Positions 49,701 to 59,732 are shown, numbered from the stretch's first letter. The stretch is 64,000 nt of DNA from Bacteroidia bacterium (GCA_039918435.1 JBDSHN010000073.1:14267-78266), one strand, 5' to 3'. A program made the numbers and translations. Notes: generated from the sequence alone by a model not told the origin.

Positions 49701-51164
49701 ACGACATCCAGCATTAACGTAATTGCGTCAGGAAATTATTCTGTCACAGCGTACAGCGCAAATGGAAATTGTACAGACAACTCCTCAACAACTACGGTAA
49801 CAGTTTATCCACCACCAACACCAGCGATCACCGCATCTGGTCCTGCAACATTCTGCCAGGGTGGAAGTGTAACACTTACTGCATCGGGTGGCAGCAGCTA
49901 CTTGTGGAGCGATGGAAGCACAACAACCAGTATTGTAGTAACACAAAGCGGAAATTATTATGTTACTGCGACTGGTCCGGGAGGATGCACAGCGATAAGC
50001 AGCACAACAACAGTGATTGCAGATCCTGCACCAGTTGTGAACGTAAGTGCAAGTGGGCCTACAACATTCTGTTCGGGAAATAATGTTGTGCTTACTGCGA
50101 CAGGCGGAAACTCTTATCTCTGGAGCAATGGACAAACGACCCCAGACATTACCGTAACAACTTCCGGAAATTATTATGTGACCGCATATAGCGCGAATGG
50201 AAATTGCACAGATGTTTCATCAGTAACTTCCGTAACAGTACTTCCTGCACCAACACCAACAATTACCTCATCTGGTCCGACAACATTCTGCCAGGGTGGA
50301 AATGTAACACTTACTGCAACAGGTGGCGGAAGTTATTTGTGGAGCAATGGCGCTACGACATCTTCCATCAACGTTACAACAGGTGGCAATTATTTTGTAA
50401 CCGCTACCAATGCGAATGGCTGTTCGGGCACAAGCAATACAATTGCCGTTACAGTGGATGCAATTCCTGTAGTTACAGTTTCGGCAAGCGGTCCGACAAC
50501 ATTCTGCGCCGGTGATAATGTGGTGCTGAGTGCATCAGGTGGAACGACTTACTTATGGAGCAGTGGCCAGACGACCTCAAGCATCAGCATTACTTCTGCT
50601 GGTAATTACAGCGTAGTTGCTTCCAATGGTAATTGTAATAACACTTCGCCTGTCACCACAGTAGTTGTGAATCCGCTTCCGACTGTTTCATTCACCATGT
50701 TGCAGGATACGTTCTGTGTGATTGGCAACTCATTTGCGCTGAGCGGAGGTTCACCTGCAGGTGGACAATATTCCGGACAAGGAGTAAGCAACGGAGTCTT
50801 TGATCCAATGCAATCCGGCACAGGTGATATTGAAATCATTTATACCTATACAGATGTAAACGGATGTCCTGCTTCGACTTCGCATTGGGTATACGTGGAT
50901 ATCTGCCTGGGAGTTGATGCTGGTTTTTCAGCAACTGCAATTCCGGTTGCTTATCCGAATCCTGCACATGATCATGTGCTTGTTCAATGGCCCGGTGCAG
51001 ATGTTCAGAAGGTAAGTTTGCTGGATGTAAGCGGTCGTGTGCTGCAGACATTTATTCCTGAGGGCAATCAAATGGAACTGGATCTGAACGGCCTTGCGTG
51101 CGGTACTTATTTTGTAAGACTGGAAGGAACGCAGCAACATACATTAAGAATAATAAAACAATAG
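43797..51164 (+). CDS. Giant T9SS-secreted cell-surface protein: signal peptide, 13 CUB-like modules (alternating A/B types), about 12 Ig-like ~75-aa repeats, C-terminal T9SS sorting domain
   Basis: CUB-like consensus CSGxFYDxGG...NxxxTFxS...CCDRLYIYDG repeated. Ig-like repeats SGPTTFCxGGNVTLTAxGGxxYLWSNGATTSSI. C-terminal PNPAHDHVLVQW...GTYFVRLEG... is a Por/T9SS CTD. Strong terminator directly after. Confidence 0.85.
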   Translation: MDFIRRSLLAFFLLCATFTQAQTYNMSTTTVSNCSGTFYDSGGSAGNYGNNENTTMTFTSSGGTRLSFAFSFLNIETCCDRLYIYDGPTSSYPVIGVYTANPGTIVSTGTSLTFRFTSNGSGTGTGWAANISCTTPPLTVYPLTSGTVTACSGAIYDNGGPAGYYSDGANITQTFTSGTTDFLQFSFLPLGYAFIAGDTLFIYDGATVSAPLIAAHTLGSTMETFTSTGNSVTLRFKSNPSGNTVGWAGEFQCTTTPGAALSFDMSGGIRGICSGSFYDVGGATGNYGNSTSISQTLMSTNGNRISITFNSFSLETCCDRLYIYDGPNTNSPLIGSYATNPGTITSTGTALSFYFYSDANNVAPGWAASVNCTTPALTAYPLTNGTITACDGVVYDNGGGSGNYADGANITQTFTSGTSAFLQFSFLPLGNAFSAGDTLFIYDGATISAPLIAAHTTASQMEGFTSSGNSVTFRFKSNASGNNVGWAGEFHCTSTPGAPLTFNMSTGIRGICSGTLYDVGGVNGDYGNSTNLSQTYLSTNGNRLSITFNSFALETCCDRLYIYDGPNINYPVIGVYATNPGTITSTGTSLTFKFTSDVSNVAAGWDATINCTTPPLTVYPLTNGTVTACSGAIFDNGGAAGYYTDNATITETFTSGTTDHLQFSFLPLGNAFTVGDTLFIYDGATVSAPLIAAHTLSTFMETFTSSGNSVTFLFKSNASGNTVGWAGQFQCTPLPGAPLSFDMTTGIRGVCSGTLYDVGGASGNYGNNTNITQTYLSTNGNRLSVTFNSFSVETCCDRLYIYDGPNTNYPLIGAYATNPGTITSTGTSLTFRFISDAANVGSGWDANISCTTPPLTVYPLTNGTVTACSGAIFDNGGPGANYTDNATITQTFTSGTTDFLRFSFLNATTNFNSGDTLFIYDGATTSAPLIAAHVVGTYMETFTSSGNSVTLKFKSNSSTNAPGWAGQFQCTTTPAPPLSFDMTAGIRGVCSGTLYDVGGASGNYGNSTNITQTYLSTNGNRLSITFNSFALETCCDRLYIYDGPNTNYPVIGVYATNPGTITSTGTSLTFKFTSDVSNVAAGWDATINCTTPPLTVYPLTNGTITACSGAIFDNGGPAGYYTDNATITETFTSGTTDHLQFSFLPLGNAFTVGDTLFIYDGPTVSAPLIAAHTLSTYMETFTSTGNSVTLRFKSNASGNTVGWAGQFQCTPLPGAPLSFDMSTGIRGVCSGTFYDIGGASGNYGNSTNISQTYVSNNGDRLSVTFNTFSIETCCDRLYIYDGPSAAYPLLGAYATNPGTITSSGTSLTFQFTSDAANTGPGWSANFACAGPVLDVYTPMSGTVTVCSGVFYDTGGPIGNYPDGEDRTVTFTSASNQYLRFDFNANHFNIASGDSLFIYDGANTSAPLFAILTGNTQPGPLTSNTSVLTFRFKSNAATNTIGWQAWISCVSAPDNNPVINMSGGVRYTCGGTFYDVGGSAGNYANSENRSMTFVSNSGCGIRFTFTAFLTETCCDRLYVYDGPSTASTLIGTYSGAALPPVLQSSGNALTFRFQSDGGNTGSGWAATISCPNQPLATITPSGPTTICAGGNVTLTASNNTSYVWNTGATTPNISVNSSGGYWVTVTNAGGCTSTSGITNVTVNPLPTPTISASGPTTFCSGGSVTLTAVGGNTYLWSTGATTSSITVTSSGNYNVTATNSNGCTANATQVTVTVNPLPSANVTVSGPLNFCTGGSVTFTLPGGNTYLWSNGATTSGITATTAGSYSATITSPAGCSALTSSYNVTVDTPPTAGITAGGPLTFCAGGNVTLNASGGSSYLWSNGNTSAAITVNSSGNYSVTSYSANGNCSVVSSPVTVTVNPLPTPAISASGPLTFCNGGNVTLTASGGNTYLWNNSATTTSINVTTSGNYSVTATGVNGCSATSTTVSVIVDPAPTANVTVSGPTSFCQGGNVILTASGGSSYLWSNGATTSSINVIASGNYSVTAYSANGNCTDNSSTTTVTVYPPPTPAITASGPATFCQGGSVTLTASGGSSYLWSDGSTTTSIVVTQSGNYYVTATGPGGCTAISSTTTVIADPAPVVNVSASGPTTFCSGNNVVLTATGGNSYLWSNGQTTPDITVTTSGNYYVTAYSANGNCTDVSSVTSVTVLPAPTPTITSSGPTTFCQGGNVTLTATGGGSYLWSNGATTSSINVTTGGNYFVTATNANGCSGTSNTIAVTVDAIPVVTVSASGPTTFCAGDNVVLSASGGTTYLWSSGQTTSSISITSAGNYSVVASNGNCNNTSPVTTVVVNPLPTVSFTMLQDTFCVIGNSFALSGGSPAGGQYSGQGVSNGVFDPMQSGTGDIEIIYTYTDVNGCPASTSHWVYVDICLGVDAGFSATAIPVAYPNPAHDHVLVQWPGADVQKVSLLDVSGRVLQTFIPEGNQMELDLNGLACGTYFVRLEGTQQHTLRIIKQ
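45420..48280 (+). repeat. Intragenic tandem duplication of a ~1.43-kb CUB A-B-A-B module (copy 1 about 45420-46850, copy 2 about 46850-48280); first half about 93-95% nt identical
   Basis: Direct comparison of 45421-45700 with 46856-47130, and of 45700-45960 with 47130-47400, shows long near-identical runs. The encoded A3B3 and A5B5 modules are almost identical. Confidence 0.7.
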
Positions 51165-51167
51165 GCA

Positions 51168-51206
51168 TAAAAAAACGGCGGTCCGAAAGGATCGCCGTTT
51201 TTTTAT
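51168..51206. terminator. Bidirectional rho-independent terminator between convergent genes
   Basis: AAAAAAACGGCGGTCC-gaaa-GGATCGCCGTTTTTTT. Confidence 0.85.
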
Positions 51207-51226
51207 TCAGAGGCTGTTTGCATAAC

Positions 51227-51670
51227 TTAATGGAACTTCTGTCTCCGTCTCCAAAGCATCAATTTCTGCATTTCCACATCCTGCCACACGATATTATTTA
51301 CAAACGTGTGACCGTTGTAATTTGTGGAGTGATAATCATCGCCGCACAGCACTTCAAAAATAGTGCGATGTACAATCTGTTCAGCATCGAAATGCAATGT
51401 ACGGTTATCAAGAAAACACTTCTGTCCGTTGAGGTAATCATCCAACAGTTCGAACGAAGGGCGTTTCACCGAAAAGTGATTATGCGCTACCCAAACCCTG
51501 CAGAAAGGATCACGTCCGATAATTACAGCAGGATGATATTCATCTACAGGATTATCAATTTTTTTTCTTGTAACAACTTTACCGGAATCAGAACAGGAAA
51601 ACACGGGGATCATTCCTTCACATGACAATACGGTAATCAGTTTCCGGACTTTACGAAATTCGTCTTTCAT
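51227..51670 (-). CDS. Hypothetical protein (147 aa), no family recognised
   Basis: Clean ORF with His/Cys-rich stretches (VAHNHF, CGDDYHSTNYNGH). Bounded by a terminator and a 200-bp gap. Confidence 0.4.
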   Translation of the reverse strand: MKDEFRKVRKLITVLSCEGMIPVFSCSDSGKVVTRKKIDNPVDEYHPAVIIGRDPFCRVWVAHNHFSVKRPSFELLDDYLNGQKCFLDNRTLHFDAEQIVHRTIFEVLCGDDYHSTNYNGHTFVNNIVWQDVEMQKLMLWRRRQKFH

Positions 51671-51876
51671 TCTGGGGAGAATTAAACGGTTTATATTTCA
51701 GGTCTGTTAGTAATCGGGGTTACTATTACTAATTTACGAATAAAGAGTGCAATTGATATGCCATGTGTTTATACTTATCAGTTGTAGATTGTTAAAAAGA
51801 AGATGGGTGTGGATAATACTCTACACACTAAAACGGAGTACTAAAGTTCAATCGAACAAGCAATTTAATTAGTCCT

Positions 51877-53142
51877 TTACTTCTTTGACTTCGTCGGTTT
51901 TTTGTGGGGAATATTTTTTTTCACTATACCCTTTTCCTTTTTTATGATTCCTTTCTTTTTTTTCTTTTCCGTGGCTGGAAAAAACAAATCACTCTTACCA
52001 GTGATCCAATCAAGGTAATTTCCGGAATTGATCACTGTAAAATCTGCATTAGGATAATTTTCAATCCATCCTGATGGCACTTTTGGTGTTTTATTTTCAC
52101 TCCATTTAAATTCGTAACCATACAATTTCCCGCCACGATCTTCAACCCAGTCAAGTTCCTGCCTCGCATACGTCCGCCAGAAATAATTATTTACCAAAAC
52201 ATTATTGTAGGATTGAAACTTCAATCTTTCGCTCAATAAATAATTTTCCCAAAGCTCACCCACGTCGGCGCGCAAGTGTAACGGATTATGATTTGCAATG
52301 ATCGTATTACGAATTCCATTATCATAAAAATACCATTTGCTCATCTTCACAATTTCCTTCCGAAGATTCCGGCTGAATCCCTGCACACGATAGATCACAA
52401 AAACTTTCGTAAGCAGATCGAAGTAACGCTCTACTGTATTTTTGCTCATTCCCGTTTGCCTACCCAATTCTTCCAGCGACACTTCCTTTCCCACTTGCAA
52501 TGCAAGCAGCCGCAGTAAATCATGAATCTTTGTAGAATTGCGGATAGAATCAAGCGAGAGAATATCTTTCAATAAATATGAATTGACAATTTCTTTAAGA
52601 TATTCTGCTTTTGCTTCGCGGGATTCCAGCTTCTGCAATTCAGGATAAGACCCGAAAATCAAACGGTCTTCCAGGTTGTTTTTTATGTCAACAGCATTTT
52701 CAACCTGGTCGAGCTCCATTTGCGCAAGCGGAAAAAGATAAAAAGTATTTTTCCTGCCGGTTAATGGCTCGCCTATATTCTGATCAAGATCAAACATAGA
52801 AGACCCTGTTGCAATTATCTTCAGATCTTCGATCTCGTCCACCATTAATTTCAGCGCGAATCCTATACCGGGAATTTTCTGCGCTTCATCAATAACAAGC
52901 AAACGTACATCGCCGAGCATTTTTTTATAATTACTTACGCGTCGGTTCTGTAAAAGCTCCACCACGGCATTATCTTCTCCATTAAGCAAAAGATATTTTT
53001 CCTTCACTACGGAAAGAATTTGTTTTAATAAAAAAGATTTTCCCGTGCGGCGCGGGCCAAGAATAACCACCACTTTTCCGGGCAAAATCTTTTTTACCAG
53101 GGAATCAAATAATGCACGTTTTATAGTTTGCGTCTTATCCAT
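51877..53142 (-). CDS. AAA+ ATPase of the COG1373 type (AAA_14 + DUF4143) with Lys-rich C-terminal tail
   Basis: Walker A GPRRTGKS, Walker B LLVIDEAQ, and the typical 400-aa architecture. Start taken at ATG 53142 (MDKTQTIKR...). The ORF-track N-terminal extension to 53214 would translate the repeat/promoter region. Confidence 0.75.
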   Translation of the reverse strand: MDKTQTIKRALFDSLVKKILPGKVVVILGPRRTGKSFLLKQILSVVKEKYLLLNGEDNAVVELLQNRRVSNYKKMLGDVRLLVIDEAQKIPGIGFALKLMVDEIEDLKIIATGSSMFDLDQNIGEPLTGRKNTFYLFPLAQMELDQVENAVDIKNNLEDRLIFGSYPELQKLESREAKAEYLKEIVNSYLLKDILSLDSIRNSTKIHDLLRLLALQVGKEVSLEELGRQTGMSKNTVERYFDLLTKVFVIYRVQGFSRNLRKEIVKMSKWYFYDNGIRNTIIANHNPLHLRADVGELWENYLLSERLKFQSYNNVLVNNYFWRTYARQELDWVEDRGGKLYGYEFKWSENKTPKVPSGWIENYPNADFTVINSGNYLDWITGKSDLFFPATEKKKKKGIIKKEKGIVKKNIPHKKPTKSKK

Positions 53143-53173
53143 TAGACCACGAATATACGATTTCACAACAGAC

Positions 53174-53269
53174 CTGACGCAATTTTCATTAATCCCGTCA
53201 ACATACTGACGCAATTTTGATTAATTCCGTCAATATACTGACGCAATTTGCATTAATTCCGTCATTTAT
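53174..53269. repeat. Three tandem 32-bp direct repeats (CTGACGCAATTTTSATTAATYCCGTCAAYATA) immediately upstream of the AAA ATPase start
   Basis: Units at 53174-53205, 53206-53237 and 53238-53269, with 2-4 mismatches between units. Confidence 0.75.
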
Positions 53270-53287
53270 TATTCAGAACGGGAGTAT

Positions 53288-53324
53288 TAAACAAGAAAAA
53301 CCCGCCTCAGGTGAAGCGGGTTTT
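53288..53324 (-). terminator. Rho-independent terminator downstream of gltA
   Basis: CCCGCCTCAG-gtga-AGCGGG (reads as a stem plus U-tract on the minus strand). Confidence 0.7.
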
Positions 53325-53353
53325 ATGCTTTTTCATTGACAACTCAGCTCATT

Positions 53354-54682
53354 TTATGCTTTTGCTGTCAACCCGATCTTCTTCTTAATTCCTTCTGTTG
53401 TGATTGATCCCGGACGCTCAATAGGAGACCCTAATGCACGATCCCATATTAATGAAGCAAGAACACCAAGCGAACGGGAAACACCGAAAAGCACAGTATA
53501 GAAATCAAATTCCTTAATGCCGAAATGCATCAGCAAAGCACCGGAATGCGCATCCACATTCGGCCATGGATTTTTGATCTTGCCTGTAGATTCTAAAATA
53601 GGCGGGGCAACTTTGTAGATCATCTGAACAATTTCACAAAGCGGATCAACGCCTTTTACTTCTTTAATGTAGCGATTGTAAAAATCCTGCTGCGCTTCGA
53701 ATCGCGGATCTGTTTTGCGCAGAACGGCATGACCATAACCCGGAACAACACGACCTTCAGTTAATGTTTTGTGAATGTAATCAGCGATCTGCTGCTCGGT
53801 AGGAAGTTCAGCACCGATCTCTTCCCTCATTTTAAGTATCCAGGAAATTACTTCCTGGTTAGCAAGTCCATGCAATGGACCAGCGAGTCCGTTCATACCA
53901 GCTGCAAATGCAAGATAAGGATCGCTCAGTGCAGAACCTACTAAATGCGTGGTGTGCGCTGAAACGTTTCCACCTTCATGATCGGCATGAATGGTCATAT
54001 ACAAACGCATCAGACGCTTTACATCAAATTCATCAAAGCCCATCATGTGAGCGATGTTTGCAGCCCAATCCAGTTTAGGATCCGGCTCGATGTGAATATC
54101 GTTTTTGTATTTTTTGCGATAGATATATGCTGCAACACGCGGAAGACGTGCAATAAGATTCATCGAATCCTCATAGGTATAATCCCAATAATCTTTTTTG
54201 CTCATGCCTTCTTTGTAGCCTTTTGCAAAAAGTGATTCTGTCTGCATTGCCATTACTGCAATGCTGAACATGGTCATGGGATGTGTTGCTGCAGGAAGTT
54301 TTTCAAGTGTATCAAAAACATGTTTGGGAACAATTGCACGTCTTGCCCAATCGTTTCCGATCAGGTACGCTTCTTCTTTTGTTGGCAATTCGCCGGTAAG
54401 CATGAGATAAAAAATTCCTTCCGGTAATGGCTCTGTTCCACTCTGAGCTTTCGGAAGCTTCTCACGCAACTCAGGAATGGAATAACCACGGAAACGAATT
54501 CCTTCTTCAGGATCAAGCTTTGATGTTTCAGTAACAAGACCAGTCATGCTTTTCATGCCCTGGTAAACCTGCGCCACTGTATATTCACCTAATTTTTTAT
54601 CGCCGTGTTCTTTGATAAGCGCTTTCACCTCGGCAGCCATTGGCTTTGCTTTGGCAATGAATTTTTCTTTGAGAGTATCCAT
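53354..54682 (-). CDS. gltA: Citrate synthase
   Basis: Conserved citrate synthase blocks (GYGHAVLRKTDPR, HADHEGGN..., LSGPLHGLANQ). Start taken at MDTLKEKF. Confidence 0.9.
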   Translation of the reverse strand: MDTLKEKFIAKAKPMAAEVKALIKEHGDKKLGEYTVAQVYQGMKSMTGLVTETSKLDPEEGIRFRGYSIPELREKLPKAQSGTEPLPEGIFYLMLTGELPTKEEAYLIGNDWARRAIVPKHVFDTLEKLPAATHPMTMFSIAVMAMQTESLFAKGYKEGMSKKDYWDYTYEDSMNLIARLPRVAAYIYRKKYKNDIHIEPDPKLDWAANIAHMMGFDEFDVKRLMRLYMTIHADHEGGNVSAHTTHLVGSALSDPYLAFAAGMNGLAGPLHGLANQEVISWILKMREEIGAELPTEQQIADYIHKTLTEGRVVPGYGHAVLRKTDPRFEAQQDFYNRYIKEVKGVDPLCEIVQMIYKVAPPILESTGKIKNPWPNVDAHSGALLMHFGIKEFDFYTVLFGVSRSLGVLASLIWDRALGSPIERPGSITTEGIKKKIGLTAKA

Positions 54683-54791
54683 AAAATTTTTATTGCGTGC
54701 TGATAACAGCATTAATTCAAAAGGAGATGCTGTGCCTCTAAATTAGGGAGTTTTGACTTACCGTTGCGTTTGTTGCAAGGAATTATTTCTT

Positions 54792-56102
<1,311 letters not shown>

Positions 56103-56174
56103 TTATTTTTGATTGAATAGAGAAACGTTTGAGCGAAATCAATCAAACATTAAACATCAGCAATCAAATATGAA

Positions 56175-57326
56175 TTATGCAGAGACTGTTTTTTTTACTG
56201 ATGCCATCATGGTTACAAAATCATCAAAAAGATAACGCGCATCTTCCGGTCCGGGTGAAGCTTCAGGATGATACTGCACACAGAAAACTTTCTTCACTTT
56301 ATGACGGATGCCTTCAATCGTTTTATCGTTGAGGTTGATGTGTGTGATTTCGATATCCGGATTATTTGCAACATCTTCTTCCTTCACTGAAAATCCATGA
56401 TTCTGGGAAGTGATTTCGCTTTTTCCGGTGATGATATTTTTCACCGGGTGATTTATTCCACGGTGTCCATTGAACATTTTGTAAGTGGAAATTCCGAATG
56501 CCTGCGCGATCAATTGTTGTCCGAGACAAATTCCGAAAGCAGGAATTCCTGCATCAATAATTTTCTTTACGGTTTCAACTTCCTCCGGCATTGCAGCAGG
56601 ATCGCCTGGGCCATTTGAAATTAAAAATCCGTCGGGCTCCCACGAAAGCATTTCTTCAGCAGACGTTTTTAATGGAAATACTTTCACGTAACATCCGCGC
56701 TCAACGAGGCAACGTACAATGTTTTTCTTGAGCCCGGTATCGAAAATGGCTACTTTATAAGATGCATCTGAATCGCCGGATGTGTATGCTGTTTTTGTAG
56801 AAACTTTTGAAGAAAGCTCAAGCCCATTCATGGAAGGCACTTTTTTGAGCTGCGCTTTCAACGATTCAACATCCAGGTTATCGCTGGAAATGATCGCGTT
56901 CATTGCGCCTTTGCTGCGAATGTGACGAACGATCGCGCGTGTGTCGACTTCACATATTCCCACAATATCTTCTTCGATAAAATAATCCTTTATCGATTTA
57001 TCTGCTTGCGGACGCGAATAAACATCAGAGAATTTTTTGCAGACCAGCCCGGCAATCTTTATTGATTCCGATTCTACTTCTTCATTCTTGATTCCATAAT
57101 TCCCGATGTGCACATTTGTAGCCACGAGAATCTGTCCGAAGTAAGACGGGTCAGTAAATATTTCCTGGTATCCCGACATTCCTGTATTGAAACAGATTTC
57201 GCCGGTGGTCGTGCCGATAGCGCCTGCAGCTCTTCCGTGAAATACGGTTCCATCTTCCAGCAAAAGAATTGCAGGAGGTAATGCGACATATTTCGCGCGC
57301 TGTGATTTTGATTCTTTCTCGTCCAC
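56175..57326 (-). CDS. carA: Carbamoyl-phosphate synthase small (glutamine amidotransferase) subunit
   Basis: CPSase_sm_chain N-domain. Class-I GATase (GICLGQQL..., catalytic Cys; HPE near the C-terminus). Confidence 0.92.
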   Translation of the reverse strand: MDEKESKSQRAKYVALPPAILLLEDGTVFHGRAAGAIGTTTGEICFNTGMSGYQEIFTDPSYFGQILVATNVHIGNYGIKNEEVESESIKIAGLVCKKFSDVYSRPQADKSIKDYFIEEDIVGICEVDTRAIVRHIRSKGAMNAIISSDNLDVESLKAQLKKVPSMNGLELSSKVSTKTAYTSGDSDASYKVAIFDTGLKKNIVRCLVERGCYVKVFPLKTSAEEMLSWEPDGFLISNGPGDPAAMPEEVETVKKIIDAGIPAFGICLGQQLIAQAFGISTYKMFNGHRGINHPVKNIITGKSEITSQNHGFSVKEEDVANNPDIEITHINLNDKTIEGIRHKVKKVFCVQYHPEASPGPEDARYLFDDFVTMMASVKKTVSA

Positions 57327-57344
57327 TGGTTTTTTTGCGTTTTA

Positions 57345-57385
57345 GGAAAGAAAAAAGGGATGTGGCAAAAATACCATATCCCTTT
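57345..57385 (-). terminator. Rho-independent terminator after rplQ
   Basis: GGGATGTGG-caaaaata-CCATATCCC with a T-tract on the minus strand. Confidence 0.65.
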
Positions 57386-57413
57386 TTTGTGTTAAAATGA
57401 ACTTGCTGACAAT

Positions 57414-57938
57414 TTATTCACCTTTTTCTGTCGTTGTGTCGGTGGTTTCTGTGTCTTCTGCTTTTTTGGTGGTCTTTGCGCGGCCACGACGTGTTGTTTT
57501 TGCTTTTTTAGCGTCGCCTTTAGTATTCAACATCAATTCGTTGTAGTCTACCAATTCAATCATCGCCATGTCAGCATTATCCATACGGCGTTTTGCGTTT
57601 ACTCCCGGCTTAGTGCTGATGCTGTAACGGATGATACGTGTGTATCCACCCGGACGGTCAGCAACTTTTGGTCCGATTTCTCTGAACAATTCAGCAACTG
57701 CGAATTTATCGGCGAGGTAGCTGAATACTACACGGCGGTTGTGCGTGTCTTCAACTTTCGTTGTTACAGGCTTAGAGCGTGTGATTAATGGTTCAATGAA
57801 CGAACGAAGAACTTTCGCTTTAGCAAGCGTCGTATTGATACGTTTGTGCATGATCAGAGAACATGCCATGTTCGACAACATCGATTCGCGATGAGCTTTC
57901 GTGCGCTTGAGGTTGTTATTTTTATTTCCGTGTCTCAT
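57414..57938 (-). CDS. rplQ: 50S ribosomal protein L17
   Basis: [25 protein letters not shown]... with a basic C-terminal extension. Confidence 0.95.
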   Translation of the reverse strand: MRHGNKNNNLKRTKAHRESMLSNMACSLIMHKRINTTLAKAKVLRSFIEPLITRSKPVTTKVEDTHNRRVVFSYLADKFAVAELFREIGPKVADRPGGYTRIIRYSISTKPGVNAKRRMDNADMAMIELVDYNELMLNTKGDAKKAKTTRRGRAKTTKKAEDTETTDTTTEKGE

Positions 57939-58058
57939 TTTGTTTAGTCGCGATGTTCGCGTCTTTTTTTTTATTTAGTCGCATTGCGGCGACTTGTTGC
58001 TGGAACCCCTGTCTCCTGAACTCCGCGATGAATTGTGGAGTTACAGATTAGAAGAAGT

Positions 58059-59051
58059 CTAGTCGCGATCCAGTTTGTATTTAGCGACATTCATTCCGAA
58101 CTGCAGTCCTTTTGCAGCTACAAGCTCTTCCAACTCTGTAAGAGACTTTTTGCCGAAGTTGCGGAATTTTAAAAGGTCATTTTTGTTGAAAGAAACAAGA
58201 TCACCGAGTGTTTCAACGTCAGCTGCTTTGAGGCAATTGAGTGCGCGCACGGAAAGATCCATGTCAACAAGCTTTGTTTTGAGCAATTGACGCATGTGCA
58301 ATGAATCCTCATCAAACTCTTCAGTAGATGCTTTTTCAACTGTGTCAAGCGTAATCTTGTCATCAGAGAACAGCATGAAGTGATGAATAAGGATTTTCGC
58401 TGCTTCTTTCAACGCTTCTTTCGGGTGAATAGATCCGTCAGTAACGATTTCAAGAACCAATTTCTCATAATCCGTTTTCTGTTCAACACGGTAGTTTTCT
58501 ACAGCATATTTTACATTGCGGATCGGTGTATAAATTGCGTCAATCGGAATAAGGCCAATCGGAGCGTTTAAAGGCTTGTTTTCGTCAGCAGGAACATAAC
58601 CGCGTCCTTTTTCGATTGTAAGCTCAATTTTCAGCTTCACACTTGCTTCCATGTTGCAGATTACGAAATCGGGATTCAAAACCTGGAAACCAGATGTGAA
58701 TTTTCCGATATCTCCTGCTGTAAGCTGTGTTTTACCAGTGATATTTACAACCACTTTTTCGCTGTCTGTTGATTCGATTTGGCGTTTGAAGCGGACTTGT
58801 TTAAGATTGAGGACGATTTCCGTTACATCTTCCATTACGCCTTTTACGGTCGAAAATTCATGCTCAACACCTTCAACGCGAAGCGTGGTGATTGCATATC
58901 CTTCGAGTGACGAAAGGAGAATACGACGGAGTGCATTTCCGATTGTGATACCATAACCTGGCTCAAGCGGGCGGAATTCGAAAAGTCCGTCGGTTTCGCT
59001 CGATTGAATCATTATCACTTTATCGGGTTTCTGGAATGCTAGGATGCCCAT
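58059..59051 (-). CDS. rpoA: DNA-directed RNA polymerase subunit alpha
   Basis: ...[20 protein letters not shown]...IDAIYTPI...; C-terminal domain [21 protein letters not shown]. Confidence 0.97.
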   Translation of the reverse strand: MGILAFQKPDKVIMIQSSETDGLFEFRPLEPGYGITIGNALRRILLSSLEGYAITTLRVEGVEHEFSTVKGVMEDVTEIVLNLKQVRFKRQIESTDSEKVVVNITGKTQLTAGDIGKFTSGFQVLNPDFVICNMEASVKLKIELTIEKGRGYVPADENKPLNAPIGLIPIDAIYTPIRNVKYAVENYRVEQKTDYEKLVLEIVTDGSIHPKEALKEAAKILIHHFMLFSDDKITLDTVEKASTEEFDEDSLHMRQLLKTKLVDMDLSVRALNCLKAADVETLGDLVSFNKNDLLKFRNFGKKSLTELEELVAAKGLQFGMNVAKYKLDRD

Positions 59052-59129
59052 TGTGGTTTATGCTTTGTTCGTTTGAATCTTTATTTAACTACAGCAGGCG
59101 TTAAAGGCCCCTGCCCGGCACTTCACTTA

Positions 59130-59732
59130 CTATTTCGAGTACAACTCGACGATCAGCTGCTCTTTGAAGTTCTCCGGAATCTGAGCACGCTCAGGATAAC
59201 CGATGAATTTTCCTTCCAGCAATGTCGGATTGAATTCGATCCATGAATACTGACTTCCTGCTCCGATAGAGTTGGAAATAGTTTCAAGGGATTTTGATTT
59301 TTCACGCACTCCTATTACATCACCTGGTTCAAGTGAGTAAGATGGAATGTTTACCACTTCACCATTTACGGTAATGTGACGGTGAGAAACCAGTTGACGT
59401 GCGCCAGAGCGTGATGGTGAAATTCCCATGCGATAAACCACGTTATCAAGACGTGCTTCGATCAACTGGAGAAGAACTTCCCCTGTGATTCCTTTTGCAC
59501 GTGAAGCACGATCGAAAGTCAGCGCGAACTGCTTTTCAAGAATGCCATAAGTATATTTCACCTTTTGTTTTTCTGTCAGCTGAACAGCATATTCCGATTT
59601 CTTAGCGCGTTTAGCGTTAGGACCGTGTTGTCCCGGAGGATATGCCTTTTTTTCGAGCGCCTTGTCAGGACCGAAAATAGGTTCCTTGAATTTGCGGGCG
59701 ATTTTTGATTTTGGACCGATGTATCTTGCCAT
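59130..59732 (-). CDS. rpsD: 30S ribosomal protein S4
   Basis: [15 protein letters not shown]...; S4 domain. Confidence 0.97.
   Translation of the reverse strand: MARYIGPKSKIARKFKEPIFGPDKALEKKAYPPGQHGPNAKRAKKSEYAVQLTEKQKVKYTYGILEKQFALTFDRASRAKGITGEVLLQLIEARLDNVVYRMGISPSRSGARQLVSHRHITVNGEVVNIPSYSLEPGDVIGVREKSKSLETISNSIGAGSQYSWIEFNPTLLEGKFIGYPERAQIPENFKEQLIVELYSK

Noticed and set aside
298-50135. Numerous 60-170-aa ORFs antisense to or nested in the large genes (e.g. 1563-1964, 13164-13679, 24334-25393, 31461-31892, 41932-42318, 44733-45032, 49785-50135)
   Set aside because: - They overlap confidently assigned genes on the opposite strand or in another frame.
- Products are Cys/Arg-rich or low-complexity, with no start signals.
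- This is typical of long ORFs in AT-rich antisense frames.
53143-53214. N-terminal extension of the AAA ATPase ORF to 53214
   Set aside because: - The extension would start at a TTG inside the 32-bp tandem repeats.
- ATG at 53142 gives the canonical spacing of about 25 aa before the Walker A motif.
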